This document shows, piece by piece, positions 1 to 9,683 of a stretch of 64,000 nt of DNA. How positions within the stretch are numbered: the first letter of the stretch is position 1; the number at the start of each line of letters is the position of its first letter. The translations under genes were made by a program, and so were the position numbers. Source of the DNA: Leptonemataceae bacterium (lineage in GTDB: Bacteria > Spirochaetota > Leptospiria > Leptospirales > Leptonemataceae). The notes below the pieces were generated by a model, which was not told the origin of the DNA, did no database searches, and worked only from the letters and a program-made list of their open reading frames with translations. The DNA lies in contig OZ245742.1 in the NCBI GenBank assembly GCA_965227295.1, positions 4,576,001-4,640,000 on the forward strand, read 5' to 3'.

Positions 1-2
1 TC

Positions 3-1271
3 ATCGGCGGCGGCTTCGCCGGACTCGCGACCGCCCGGGGCTTGAAGAATGCGGACGTGCACGTAACCCTCATCGATCGTAACAACTATCATTTGTTTCA
101 ACCGCTGCTGTACCAGGTGGCCTCCGCGGCCCTTGCCCCCGCGAACATCGCCGAACCGATTCGCCGCATCTTAAAAAATCAAACAAACACTGATGTGATA
201 TTAGGAGAAGCCGCGGCTATCGATACGAACAATCGGCACGTCCGTCTCAAAGACGACGATCGTTCCGTGCCGTACGATCTTTTGGTCGTCGCCACCGGCA
301 GCCGACACACGTATTTCGGGAACGACGATTGGGAAGAACACGCCCCCGGCTTAAAGACCCTCGACGACGCATTGCGCATTCGCGAAAAGATTCTGCTGGC
401 CTTCGAACGCGCGGAGCAACTGCCCGAGGACCGCGAAGCCGAACGCACGGCACAACTTACGTTCGTCGTCATCGGCGGCGGCCCCACGGGAGTCGAGATG
501 GCCGGAGCGATCGCCGAAATTGCGAGTCGCACGATCCGCCGGGATTTTCGGAACATCGATCCGGCGTCGGCCCGCGTGATACTGGCCGAGGGCATGGATC
601 GCATCCTGCCCCCGTATCCGGAAGAGTTATCGCAAAAAGCCCGGCGACAGTTGGAGCACCTGGGCGTGGAAGTTCGCACCGGCGCCCTGGCCGAAGAGGT
701 CAATGCCGGCGGGGTCCGCGTCGGCAAAGACTGGATCGAAAGCCGCACGGTCCTGTGGGCCGCGGGTAACGCCTGCCGGAGCGTCGTCGACAGCCTGGGC
801 GCCGAACGCGGGAGCGGCGGACGTATTGTCGTCGGCCCGGACCTGGCGCTGCGCGATCACCCCGAGATTTTCGTAATCGGCGACACCGCCGCGGCGGTCC
901 ACCCGGGCGCCAGCGACCCCGGTGCGCCGGAGTTGTTGCCGGCCCTCGCCCCGGTGGCGATCCAGCAGGGTCAATACGTAGCACGTTTAATCAAAAAAAG
1001 ATACAACCCGCATGAACGACCGCCCTTTCGGTACCGGGATCGCGGCAGCATGGCCACCATCGGCCGGGCCCGCGCGGTGGCGCAAATCTACGGCCGTAAC
1101 TTTTCGGGCTGGTTCGCGTGGTTGCTCTGGTCGGTCGTGCACGTCTTCTTTTTGATCGGCTTTCGCAATCGGCTCAGCGTGATGCTCGAATGGATCTGGC
1201 ATTACTGCACGTTTCAGCGTTCGTCACGGCTCATCACCTGGCGCGACCGCGGGGAGGACCGAAACGAGTAG
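3..1271 (+). CDS. ndh: Type II NADH:quinone oxidoreductase (NDH-2), 5'-truncated by the window edge
   Basis: Frame is open from position 3 (IGGGFAGL first Rossmann motif); HLFQPLLYQVA; second motif GGGPTGVEMAG; VIGD; RGSMATIGR C-terminal region. Confidence 0.92.
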   Translation: MGGGFAGLATARGLKNADVHVTLIDRNNYHLFQPLLYQVASAALAPANIAEPIRRILKNQTNTDVILGEAAAIDTNNRHVRLKDDDRSVPYDLLVVATGSRHTYFGNDDWEEHAPGLKTLDDALRIREKILLAFERAEQLPEDREAERTAQLTFVVIGGGPTGVEMAGAIAEIASRTIRRDFRNIDPASARVILAEGMDRILPPYPEELSQKARRQLEHLGVEVRTGALAEEVNAGGVRVGKDWIESRTVLWAAGNACRSVVDSLGAERGSGGRIVVGPDLALRDHPEIFVIGDTAAAVHPGASDPGAPELLPALAPVAIQQGQYVARLIKKRYNPHERPPFRYRDRGSMATIGRARAVAQIYGRNFSGWFAWLLWSVVHVFFLIGFRNRLSVMLEWIWHYCTFQRSSRLITWRDRGEDRNE

Positions 1272-1303
1272 ACAGGATTCGCGCTGCAAAGATTCATACA
1301 ACT

Positions 1304-2515
1304 ATGCCCGAATTCGCGACGTCGTCTCGCCTGCGCACAATCATCATTATCGCCGTCCTCCTGATCATGAGTTCGTTCACGGTGATGGCCGGTGCCACCA
1401 TCGCCCCGGCCCTGCCCGCCATGCGCCTGGCGTTCACGGATCAAGCCTACGCCGACGAGTTGATTCAGTTCGTACTCACGGCGCCGGCCCTCTTCATCGC
1501 CCTGGGGGCCGGCTTTGCGGGCTTGATCGTCGACCGCTTCGGCCGCAAACCTCCACTCATCGCAGGTTTAGTCCTGTACGGCCTGGCCGGAACCTCGGGC
1601 CTCTTCCTCGACGATATCTACGCCATCCTGGTCGGCCGGGCGTTGCTGGGCGTCGCGGTGGCGGCGATCATGACGGTCTGCACGACGCTGATCGCGGACT
1701 ACTTCGAGGGTGATCAGCGCCAGCGCATTATGGGTTTTCAGGGCGCGTTCATGGCCTTCGGCGGCGTCTTTTTTCTTACGGGCGGCGGCGCCCTGGCCGA
1801 CATCAGCTGGCGCGCGCCGTTCATCATTTACGCCGCGGCCTTCCTGGTGTTGATTCCGGCCGTGATCTTCATCTACGAACCGCCGCAGCACGAACGCAGC
1901 GAGGACGATCCCGGGGAACCGATCATTGCACATCTGAATCCGGAGCAGACCAGCCAGGTACGATTGCTCTATGCCACGGCCCTCGTCTCGATGATTTGTT
2001 TTTATCTCGTGCCGGTGCAGTTTCCGTTTTACATCAAAGCCCTGGGCGTAACGGCCAACGTCTACACCGGCATCGCCATGGCGTCCATGACCATGACGAG
2101 CGCCATCGTTGCCAGTCAGTACCAGAAGATCAGAGCGCGGCTCAGCTTCCGCGCAATCTTCGCGCTTCTGTTCGCCGCGCAGGGCGCGGGTTTCGTGCTG
2201 CTGTACTTTGCCGAGACCTACGCCGTCGCCGTCGCGGCGTTGGTCCTGGCCGGGGCGGGGTTGGGTCTGCTTATGCCGAACCTGAGCGTGTATCTCGTGT
2301 CGTTTATGCCGGAGTCCGTGCGCGGACGCGCCGTGGGCGGTCTCACCGCGTCGGTCTTTGCCGGACAGTTTCTCTCACCGTTTCCGGCGCAATTGCTGCG
2401 GGGCACCACCGGCCTGGGCGGCGTCTTCGCGTTGGCCGGTGGTGTATTGTTCTTGATGGCGGCGTTGTATGCCGGCGGAACGGGCACGCCGAAAGCGCCG
2501 GTGCCTCCGGCTTAG
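1304..2515 (+). CDS. MFS transporter
   Basis: About 12 hydrophobic segments; motif A GLIVDRFGRKP; GRALLG; ATG at 1304 preferred over the upstream GTG that overlaps ndh. Confidence 0.88.
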   Translation: MPEFATSSRLRTIIIIAVLLIMSSFTVMAGATIAPALPAMRLAFTDQAYADELIQFVLTAPALFIALGAGFAGLIVDRFGRKPPLIAGLVLYGLAGTSGLFLDDIYAILVGRALLGVAVAAIMTVCTTLIADYFEGDQRQRIMGFQGAFMAFGGVFFLTGGGALADISWRAPFIIYAAAFLVLIPAVIFIYEPPQHERSEDDPGEPIIAHLNPEQTSQVRLLYATALVSMICFYLVPVQFPFYIKALGVTANVYTGIAMASMTMTSAIVASQYQKIRARLSFRAIFALLFAAQGAGFVLLYFAETYAVAVAALVLAGAGLGLLMPNLSVYLVSFMPESVRGRAVGGLTASVFAGQFLSPFPAQLLRGTTGLGGVFALAGGVLFLMAALYAGGTGTPKAPVPPA

Positions 2516-2537
2516 TGTTGGCCGGTCCGCCGCCGGT

Positions 2538-3545
2538 TTAATGTACACCCATAATATCTTTGCGAATCTTCTCGATCGCGGCCAGGCGTTCCTGCGGATC
2601 CATGTCGGGATGTTCGGCGATGAACGCCTGCTCTTTCGCAAGAAACTCTTCGAGCTTTTCGTTCTGTTCGGCAAACTCCGCCGCGGCGGCGGCTTCGGAT
2701 TTGCGCATGGACTCCGCGCCGTCTTCGCCGAAGTGTTTGACGCGCAGGCTGTGGACCATACGCGCATGTTCTTCCGGTGAGGCCTGGCTCAGCTCCGGAC
2801 CGCGGACGATCATTTCGACGGCGTAGCCCGCGCCGGCCGGTTCACGGTCCAGCAGCGTCTCGTAGTACGGGCCGAAGATGCGGCCGCGCTGTTCTTCGAA
2901 GGCGGCCAGGCGTTGTTGCACGGAGCCGCGGGCGAACACACCCTCCCCGGCGCTCGCCGCACGAATGAGATCCTGGTAATCGAAGTTCGCCTCTTCGAGA
3001 CCGAAGATGAGCTGCGCATCTTCTTCGCCGAAGATGTTTCGACGTTGCTCGCGCACGGCGGCGTAGCGATCACCGAGACTCATGCCCGGTTCGAGCCGTA
3101 GTTCACCGTTCGCTCGTTTGCTCTCGTATTGTACATAGTCGTCGAAGAGCTGGACGAGTTTCCCGCCGTCCGGCTCCGGTAGTTGGTTGAGAAAATCCAG
3201 GACGAGGCCGCGGCACTGTTCCGGAGTGTACTCCTCGCCGAAATGTCGCGGGCATTGAGAGCGCAGCTGGCGGAGCTCCGCGAGCAGGTTGATGCGACCG
3301 GAGCGCACGTCTTCGAGTATGCCGGCCTCGCTGATGCGGTCGGGATCGATGACGTCCGTGGGATACAGACCGCCCTGGCGCTGGTGTTCGCCGGCCAGGT
3401 AACCCTCCGGGTCCGGGTCGGTGCCGCTTAAATCGATGGTGCCGTTCGGATCGGCGTCGCTTAACATCCACAGAATAGAAGTCAGCACGAGGGCGCTGAC
3501 GGCGAAGGCGGAGAAGATTAAGGTCCGTGATGATTTCGTTTTCAT
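2538..3545 (-). CDS. Lipase secretion chaperone (foldase)-like protein
   Basis: N-terminal membrane anchor; helical body with LFDDYVQYE, FGEEDAQLIFGLEE and LRVKHFG patterns typical of Lif foldases; GGAGG RBS before ATG 3545. Confidence 0.6.
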   Translation of the reverse strand: MKTKSSRTLIFSAFAVSALVLTSILWMLSDADPNGTIDLSGTDPDPEGYLAGEHQRQGGLYPTDVIDPDRISEAGILEDVRSGRINLLAELRQLRSQCPRHFGEEYTPEQCRGLVLDFLNQLPEPDGGKLVQLFDDYVQYESKRANGELRLEPGMSLGDRYAAVREQRRNIFGEEDAQLIFGLEEANFDYQDLIRAASAGEGVFARGSVQQRLAAFEEQRGRIFGPYYETLLDREPAGAGYAVEMIVRGPELSQASPEEHARMVHSLRVKHFGEDGAESMRKSEAAAAAEFAEQNEKLEEFLAKEQAFIAEHPDMDPQERLAAIEKIRKDIMGVH

Positions 3546-3559
3546 AAAGCCGTCCTCCA

Positions 3560-3593
3560 AAAAGAGGCCGCCGGCGGTATGGAACCGGCGGCC
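3560..3593 (-). terminator. Hairpin plus T-tract between the plc-like gene and the chaperone gene
   Basis: Minus strand GGCCGCCGG-ttccataccg-CCGGCGGCC-TCTTTTT, directly followed by the GGAGG RBS. Confidence 0.45.
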
Positions 3594-3648
3594 GTGCAAG
3601 CGGTACCGCCGGCAAGCATAGCGGCGGTACCAATGGGTTCAGATGATC

Positions 3649-4968
3649 TTACTGCTGCCAGGTACCTTCCTGGTTGCGATCGTGATAGCGAATCCAGGCG
3701 TCGCTCACGCCCTTCGCCTGTTTGGCTTCGAGCAGCTTCTGGTTATCGTAGCCGTCGATGGGGACCGCGAAGGAGAACGCCCCGCCGGTCTCGGATGAGC
3801 AGTAATGATGGCCCATGTGCCACTGTCCCGACGCGTTCGTAACGTACCATTCGCCGGCCGCGTTCTTGCACGCGAAACGATAGTTGACTTCACAGCGATT
3901 GTCGTTCCAGCGTCCGTTGCCCCACTGGTGCGCGCAGTCTTCCCGACCGCCCCAGTCGTTCGGTTCGCTCCGATCCCAGGACCATACCGCGGCCGCCAGT
4001 CGACCGTCCGTCGGGTTGATCTTATCGTAACCGGGCAGGTTGACGCCGCACTTCATCATCTCGGGTACGTTCTGGGTCGTGGTCTTGCCGGAGCCGCCGC
4101 CGAACCAGTCGGTCAGATTCGTGCGATCTTCATAGTAGCGAATGAGCTTCGTGTCGTACTCGCTGCGGGAACGCGTGCAGTTCGGATAGTTCTTAAACGA
4201 AGCGACGTTCGACTCGGGTACGTTGCGGTCTTTGCGGAAGACCCAGCGGCCCCATTCGCCGCCCTTGCATCCGCCGGTCCACAGGATGATGTTCTTGCCG
4301 GCGTTCAGCACGGTGCGTTTTGAAATCGTCGTCGGCACGTCCATGCAGGTGGACGAGGCATTGATCATGGCCGGACGATAAATTAAATCGCCGACGTAGC
4401 TCTTGATCACGTTCAGCGCGTCGTTCTGCCGTCCGTCGAGATGATCTTCGATATAGAGAATCACCACCTCGCCGCGGTTGCCGCGAATGAACGAGTTCAA
4501 TTCGGACATGCCTTCTTTCAGGTGACGATCATAGCTGCTGCAGCCCAGGTGATTGGACTGGCCGTGGCAGAGCAGCGGGCGCTTGCCCCATTCCCAGGGC
4601 CAGCCGTCCATGCTGAAGTACCAGTGCACGTCGAACTCGATGGCCCGAATGTCCATGCGCAGTTGGTCTTTGATCGTATGCTCGTGATTCGGATCGAGAT
4701 AGCGAACGGCCGTCCGGTACTCGGAGCTGTTGTAGGTATTGTGGGAGTGCAGAAAGGTCGTCCGCGCGAGCGGCGAGTCGATCTGCAGCGCGCTCTGCAG
4801 GCCCAGGGCCTTGTGCTCCCAGGAGCGCTGGTATTTGTCCACCGGGCTCTCCGGCGGCGGAGACGGCGACTTGAAGGCCACCGTGCTGGTCGCAAACAGA
4901 GCGATCAGCGCTGCGGCAATCGGAAGGGCGTGTTTCCGGCGCCGCTCTGAATTAGAAAGATGTTGCAT
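3649..4968 (-). CDS. Secreted PI-PLC X-domain phospholipase C with C-terminal C-type lectin domain
   Basis: Signal peptide; HSHNTY, QLRMDIRAIEFDVH, LCHG, EVVILYIED (PI-PLC/GDPD barrel); EPN..EDC..WND..C lectin motif. Confidence 0.8.
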   Translation of the reverse strand: MQHLSNSERRRKHALPIAAALIALFATSTVAFKSPSPPPESPVDKYQRSWEHKALGLQSALQIDSPLARTTFLHSHNTYNSSEYRTAVRYLDPNHEHTIKDQLRMDIRAIEFDVHWYFSMDGWPWEWGKRPLLCHGQSNHLGCSSYDRHLKEGMSELNSFIRGNRGEVVILYIEDHLDGRQNDALNVIKSYVGDLIYRPAMINASSTCMDVPTTISKRTVLNAGKNIILWTGGCKGGEWGRWVFRKDRNVPESNVASFKNYPNCTRSRSEYDTKLIRYYEDRTNLTDWFGGGSGKTTTQNVPEMMKCGVNLPGYDKINPTDGRLAAAVWSWDRSEPNDWGGREDCAHQWGNGRWNDNRCEVNYRFACKNAAGEWYVTNASGQWHMGHHYCSSETGGAFSFAVPIDGYDNQKLLEAKQAKGVSDAWIRYHDRNQEGTWQQ

Positions 4969-5387
4969 CGGTTCTCTCCTGTATGTTCCGCGCCGGCCCG
5001 AGGCAGACCGGCGCGGTTTCGCATGATCTTTGTGGGCAGCGGGCCTCGCAGGCTCGCTTACACCCTGTCAGTGTTTTGACAGTTCGTATAGCAATGACCG
5101 TGCCTAACGTTGTTTTTCAGGAGATTCCGGCTCCGGGAAGGCCCTGGACAATTGAAAACGATGTTAGATTGGACAGGCCCTGGAATGGCCAACAGGTTGA
5201 TTCAAATGAACGCCTCTCGTTGGTGCGTTCTGCCAAACTCTCACCTGGCTTTAAATCAAGCATGCCCTGGAATAGTGCATCTGGCCCTGTAGGAACTTCT
5301 ACAGCAGGCCGCGGCGGCTGTTTCGGCCCAATTGCTCTTCGAAAAGATCTTAGACAGCATCACCCTGCAGTGAGATTCGTCGTGTAG

Positions 5388-6422
5388 ATGATCTTTGATC
5401 TTTCGCAGCCGGTGCCGGCCTTCCTGGCGTTCCTGGCGAGCGCGTTGGCCATCGTCATCGCCGGCTCCAGGCTCAGCCGCAACGCGGACATTCTGGCGGA
5501 TCGCACCGGACTCGGCGAGGCCCTGATGGGCGCGCTCTTCCTCGGGGCGTGCACGTCGTTGCCCGGCCTCACCGCATCGATCACCGCGGCCCTGCACGAT
5601 CGTCCGGCCCTGGCCCTGTCCAACTGCATCGGCGGCATCGCAGTGCAGACCGTATTCCTGGCCTTCGCGGACATCTCTTACCGACGCGCGAATCTGGAAC
5701 ACGCCGGCGCATCGCTGCCGAATCTCATCAGCGGTTCGTTGTTGATCAGCCTGCTCGGTCTGTTGCTCTGCGCCATGACCGGGCCGGACCTCTCGCTCTT
5801 CGGCATTCATCCTGCAACCCCGCTGATGATCGGCGGCTACATCCTGGGACTGCACCTGGTGTACCGATCGCATAAATACCCGATGTGGGTACCGCGGTTG
5901 ACGCCGCAGACCAGGACCGACGAGCCCGACGAAGAAGAACACGATGCCCCGTCGACCACGCGCATCGGCATCGAGTTTGCCGTCGGCGCGATGATCGTCC
6001 TGTACGCGGGCTGGCTGTTGACCCATGCGGTGGAGTCCATCGCCGCTTTGACGGGGATCGGCGACAGCACGGCGGGCTTTCTGTTGATTGCGATTACGAC
6101 GTCGCTTCCGGAGATGGTTACGAGCATCGCCGCGGTCCGGCGCAACGCCCTGACCCTGGCTGTGGGCGGCATCCTCGGCGGCAACGCCTTCGATACGCTC
6201 TTCGCCGCCGTGGCGGACGTCGCCTATCGGCCGGGCTCGTTGTATCATTCCGTAACTGCGACCGAAACGTTCTTAGTATCCTCGACGGTCCTGATGACCG
6301 CCGTCCTGCTGCTCGGCCTCCTGCATCGCCAGCGCAGCGGCCTTGCGAACATCGGCTTCGAAAGCGTGCTGATCCTTCTGATCTACGCCCTGGTCGTACT
6401 GACGTTGAGTTTCGGCGCCTGA
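5388..6422 (+). CDS. Sodium:calcium antiporter family (CaCA) protein
   Basis: Two alpha repeats: TSLPG...SNCIGG and TTSLPEM...GGILGGNAFD; about 10 TM segments. Confidence 0.88.
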   Translation: MIFDLSQPVPAFLAFLASALAIVIAGSRLSRNADILADRTGLGEALMGALFLGACTSLPGLTASITAALHDRPALALSNCIGGIAVQTVFLAFADISYRRANLEHAGASLPNLISGSLLISLLGLLLCAMTGPDLSLFGIHPATPLMIGGYILGLHLVYRSHKYPMWVPRLTPQTRTDEPDEEEHDAPSTTRIGIEFAVGAMIVLYAGWLLTHAVESIAALTGIGDSTAGFLLIAITTSLPEMVTSIAAVRRNALTLAVGGILGGNAFDTLFAAVADVAYRPGSLYHSVTATETFLVSSTVLMTAVLLLGLLHRQRSGLANIGFESVLILLIYALVVLTLSFGA

Positions 6423-9400
6423 CCCGGCTCTTCGGCTTTAGTTTTTACGGAACGAACATTAGCCAACAACACCCCGGCCTTTGCATGCCCGGGTTCGTGT
6501 TCCAGGGCCCGTTCCAGCATCGTCTCCGCCCGTCCGAAGAGCCGCATCTTCGCGTAGATCCGTCCGAGATTCACCAGGTTCCGCACGTGGCCGTGATCGC
6601 GCAGGCGGACCCGTTCGCCGTAGTCCGCCGCGGACTCGAGGCGATTGCACTTCCGGTAGCACACCGAGGTAAGATACAGCATCTCCGTGTCCACGGGACG
6701 CAGCCGGGCATATTCCTCACCGACGGCGGCGGCCTGGCGATAGGCCTTCTTCTGCTGATAGGCGATGGCCAGGGAACGCAGGACGCCGGGATCGGCCGCG
6801 TCCAGGGAGCGCGCCTCTTTCAGCGCGGTCACCGCCCCCGCGGGATCGCCGCGCCCCAGGGCCTCGCGCCCGGTTTCGCGCAGACGATGAATCTCCGCCG
6901 CTCGCTCCGGTTCTTCCGCCGGCAGCGGCAAATCTTCTTTGTAGGCGATGCGCAGCAGAGACAGATCGTCCGTCAGTTCGCCGCGGTCTTTGATGCCGTG
7001 GACGATGCGCTCAAGGACGCCGTCGGCCTCTTCCACGCGATGCAGAAACTGCGTCTCATCTTCCTGCATGACATCGACGCCCTCTTTCGTTGCCAGACGG
7101 ATGTCGTCACGACCGTCGGAGCCCGCGATAAAGACGTCCCCGGGTTCCAACTGCAACGTGTGGATCGTGATCTGCCCCTCCACGCCCAGGGTCCCGAGCT
7201 TGCGAAAGTGAGTATCCTTTTCAATGAAGCGCGCCTGCCCTCCGCGATATAATACGCTCCAGGGATGTTCGGCGTTGATGTAATAAATGAGGCCGGCCTC
7301 GTCGTCCACGAGGCCCAGAACCAGAGACACTAACATACTTCCATCGAATGTTTCGAAAACCTTATGGAGCTCCACGAACGAGTTTTTCATCCAGCGCTCA
7401 GGAAAACGACGGCGGGTCTCACCGGACAAGTGCGTGCGCTCGATCAAGGCCTCGAACACCGCGCCGAGGACGAGCACGCCACCGGCCCCCTGCATGGACT
7501 TGCCCATGGCGTCGGCATTGATGAAGGCAATGTAGCGGCGGCCCACGAGTTCGATGGTATGAGCGATGCACACGTCTCCGCCGAGTTCATCCGCCCAGCG
7601 ACGAAAGCGGAACTTCTTCTTTTGTTCCAGGTAAAAATCCACATCCGTAAAGCGCCCCTCGGCGTGGTTCGTACTGAGCGGACGAATCAACAACGAGGTG
7701 AGAAAGTAGTCGCCGTCCTGTTGCGTCTTTAATTGCTGCACACGTCCGAGGGACTGCTCCAGCTCCGCCGTACGTTCGCGGACTTTATCCTCCAATTGCC
7801 CGGCGTATTCTTCGAGCTTCGCCCGGGCGTCTCGAATCGAAGACACCATGCCGTTGAACGAGTGCGCGAGAAAACCGATCTCGTCTTCGACCTTAACGGG
7901 CACCTCGACGTCCAGATCGCCCTCGTTGACCTGCCGCACGCCGGCCAGCAGCGCATTCAGCGGGCTCACGAGCGCCCCGTGAAAGAAGAAGCGAAACAGG
8001 ATCAACACCACGAACAACACCACGCCGAGCAACACGGCAAAGCGCGCCGCGGCAACGTCCGCGTAGCTGCGATAACTTCGATACGCAAAGCCCGCCTCGT
8101 AGACCACGGGCCTGCCGTCGGCGCGGCCCACGTACTGGAACGCCGCGTAATGTTTGTTTTGCTCCGCATCGGTGCGATAGCGGCGATCCTCCGGGGCGAG
8201 CATGGGCGTGAAGTAGGCGGCGAGGGCTGACTTCAGTTCGGCGCCGTCGCGGGAATCCTGGCTCAGATGATCCGACACCGCCCGGCCGAACGGGTGAAAG
8301 GCTTCCCCGGCATCGCCGGTTTGCCCGGCGACGTATGCCTTCACGGCCGGGCGGAAGTTCTCGTCCGGCAGTCGGCGGATCTTGTTCCAGTGATAACGCA
8401 CGGGCCGCGCCGCGGCGCGAACGCGTTCGATCAGAGCGGCCGGACTTCCGGTGGCCTGCTCCCGGATCAAACCGGCCCAGCCTGCAAAGTGTCGCGGAGT
8501 AGCAGTTAAGAAATCTTCGACGGCGGCCGCATCTTCCGCGGCGCGAACCCGCTGAAACGCGAACCCGTTGTACGCCTCCCGGGACTGCTCCGCCCGATCG
8601 TCTTCACTGAATCGAATCTCGCTCTCTCGATTCGCGTAGATTCCCCGCACACCGGCCACGTTCGCGTCGATCTCCACTCGATGCAGATACTCCAGGTCCT
8701 CCGGCCGCGCGTTCCGGAAGAGCGCGAGCTCCATCCGCTCCCGCCGCAGTTCATCGTAGGCCTCGTCGCGATCGCGCAAAGAGTAATAGCTGATTCCCTG
8801 GAGCAACAGCAGCAGCGTCACGAGGGAGATGCCGATGATCTTCGCCATGAAACTCGTGCGGTCCCGGGTGTTGTTGATGTAAATGACGACGACGGCGAAA
8901 AATCCGACGATGACGGTGATGCTGTAAGTCGTCTGAAAGGCGTCCCGGCCGATCAGTCCCTCCCGGCTCAGCGAGTTCGTAACGCCCTGGGCGAGCCCCG
9001 CGCAACCCAATACCAGAAGCATTGCGAGCGCGCTCCAGCGACCGCGCCCGCTCGTCCGGACGACCTGGTAGATACCGCTGAACAGCATGACGAAGGTATT
9101 CACCAGGATCATGAGGCCGACCAGGCGCGTGCCCGTGTCGGCGCGAAAATCCCAGTAGTGGCCCGCAAAGAAGTAGCGGTAGCCCGAGCCCAGGGTGTCT
9201 CCGTAAAAGACGGCACCCACCACGGAGACGAGCACCAACTGCACGATCAACAGCCAGCCGGTCAGTCGCGGATGCAGGACGCGCGGATAGTGCAGCAGGA
9301 ACTGAGTGATGGCCGGCGTAAGCAGGAGACCGCCGAAAACCGTGAGCCAGCGATGGTAGGCGGCGTAGGGATGATACAACGACGAGCCGAAGATGTAACC

Positions 9401-9580
9401 GAAACTCATGCAGGCGATCATCAGAAAGGCGATGCCGAGGTACAACGTCGCCCGGGACTTCGACGGCAGCGCCACGAAGTATACCCCGTAGGCCGTCGAC
9501 ATGGAAAACGAGATCATCGCGCTGACGGAAAAGAAATTGAAATAGATATCAGAAGTGAAAATAGAATAAATACTATGCAT
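6383..9580 (-). CDS. Membrane sensor SpoIIE/PP2C phosphatase (multi-TM, HAMP, PP2C, TPR)
   Basis: N-terminal TM bundle; HAMP (DEIGFLAHSFNGM); GGD, DAMGKS, INAEHP, GSDG, DDLS PP2C motifs; C-terminal TPR-like repeats; start codon uncertain. Confidence 0.85.
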   Translation of the reverse strand: MHSIYSIFTSDIYFNFFSVSAMISFSMSTAYGVYFVALPSKSRATLYLGIAFLMIACMSFGYIFGSSLYHPYAAYHRWLTVFGGLLLTPAITQFLLHYPRVLHPRLTGWLLIVQLVLVSVVGAVFYGDTLGSGYRYFFAGHYWDFRADTGTRLVGLMILVNTFVMLFSGIYQVVRTSGRGRWSALAMLLVLGCAGLAQGVTNSLSREGLIGRDAFQTTYSITVIVGFFAVVVIYINNTRDRTSFMAKIIGISLVTLLLLLQGISYYSLRDRDEAYDELRRERMELALFRNARPEDLEYLHRVEIDANVAGVRGIYANRESEIRFSEDDRAEQSREAYNGFAFQRVRAAEDAAAVEDFLTATPRHFAGWAGLIREQATGSPAALIERVRAAARPVRYHWNKIRRLPDENFRPAVKAYVAGQTGDAGEAFHPFGRAVSDHLSQDSRDGAELKSALAAYFTPMLAPEDRRYRTDAEQNKHYAAFQYVGRADGRPVVYEAGFAYRSYRSYADVAAARFAVLLGVVLFVVLILFRFFFHGALVSPLNALLAGVRQVNEGDLDVEVPVKVEDEIGFLAHSFNGMVSSIRDARAKLEEYAGQLEDKVRERTAELEQSLGRVQQLKTQQDGDYFLTSLLIRPLSTNHAEGRFTDVDFYLEQKKKFRFRRWADELGGDVCIAHTIELVGRRYIAFINADAMGKSMQGAGGVLVLGAVFEALIERTHLSGETRRRFPERWMKNSFVELHKVFETFDGSMLVSLVLGLVDDEAGLIYYINAEHPWSVLYRGGQARFIEKDTHFRKLGTLGVEGQITIHTLQLEPGDVFIAGSDGRDDIRLATKEGVDVMQEDETQFLHRVEEADGVLERIVHGIKDRGELTDDLSLLRIAYKEDLPLPAEEPERAAEIHRLRETGREALGRGDPAGAVTALKEARSLDAADPGVLRSLAIAYQQKKAYRQAAAVGEEYARLRPVDTEMLYLTSVCYRKCNRLESAADYGERVRLRDHGHVRNLVNLGRIYAKMRLFGRAETMLERALEHEPGHAKAGVLLANVRSVKTKAEEPGQAPKLNVSTTRA

Positions 9581-9683
9581 AAGCCGCACGAAAAGCGAGA
9601 CGCAAAGTCATTCTACGGTTTCCCGGCAGATGTCAAGCCGGACGCGAACTTTCTCTAATGATACTCAGACGCCGCAGACGCCC

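Noticed and set aside
5140..5289. Four GCCCTG(GA) repeats in an AT-richer intergenic region as a CRISPR or iteron array
   Set aside because: Repeats are only 7-9 bp with irregular spacing, and no cas or rep genes are present
4983..5387. 134-aa ORF in the plc/antiporter intergenic region
   Set aside because: No recognisable motif, atypical codon usage, and it overlaps the probable promoter and leader region
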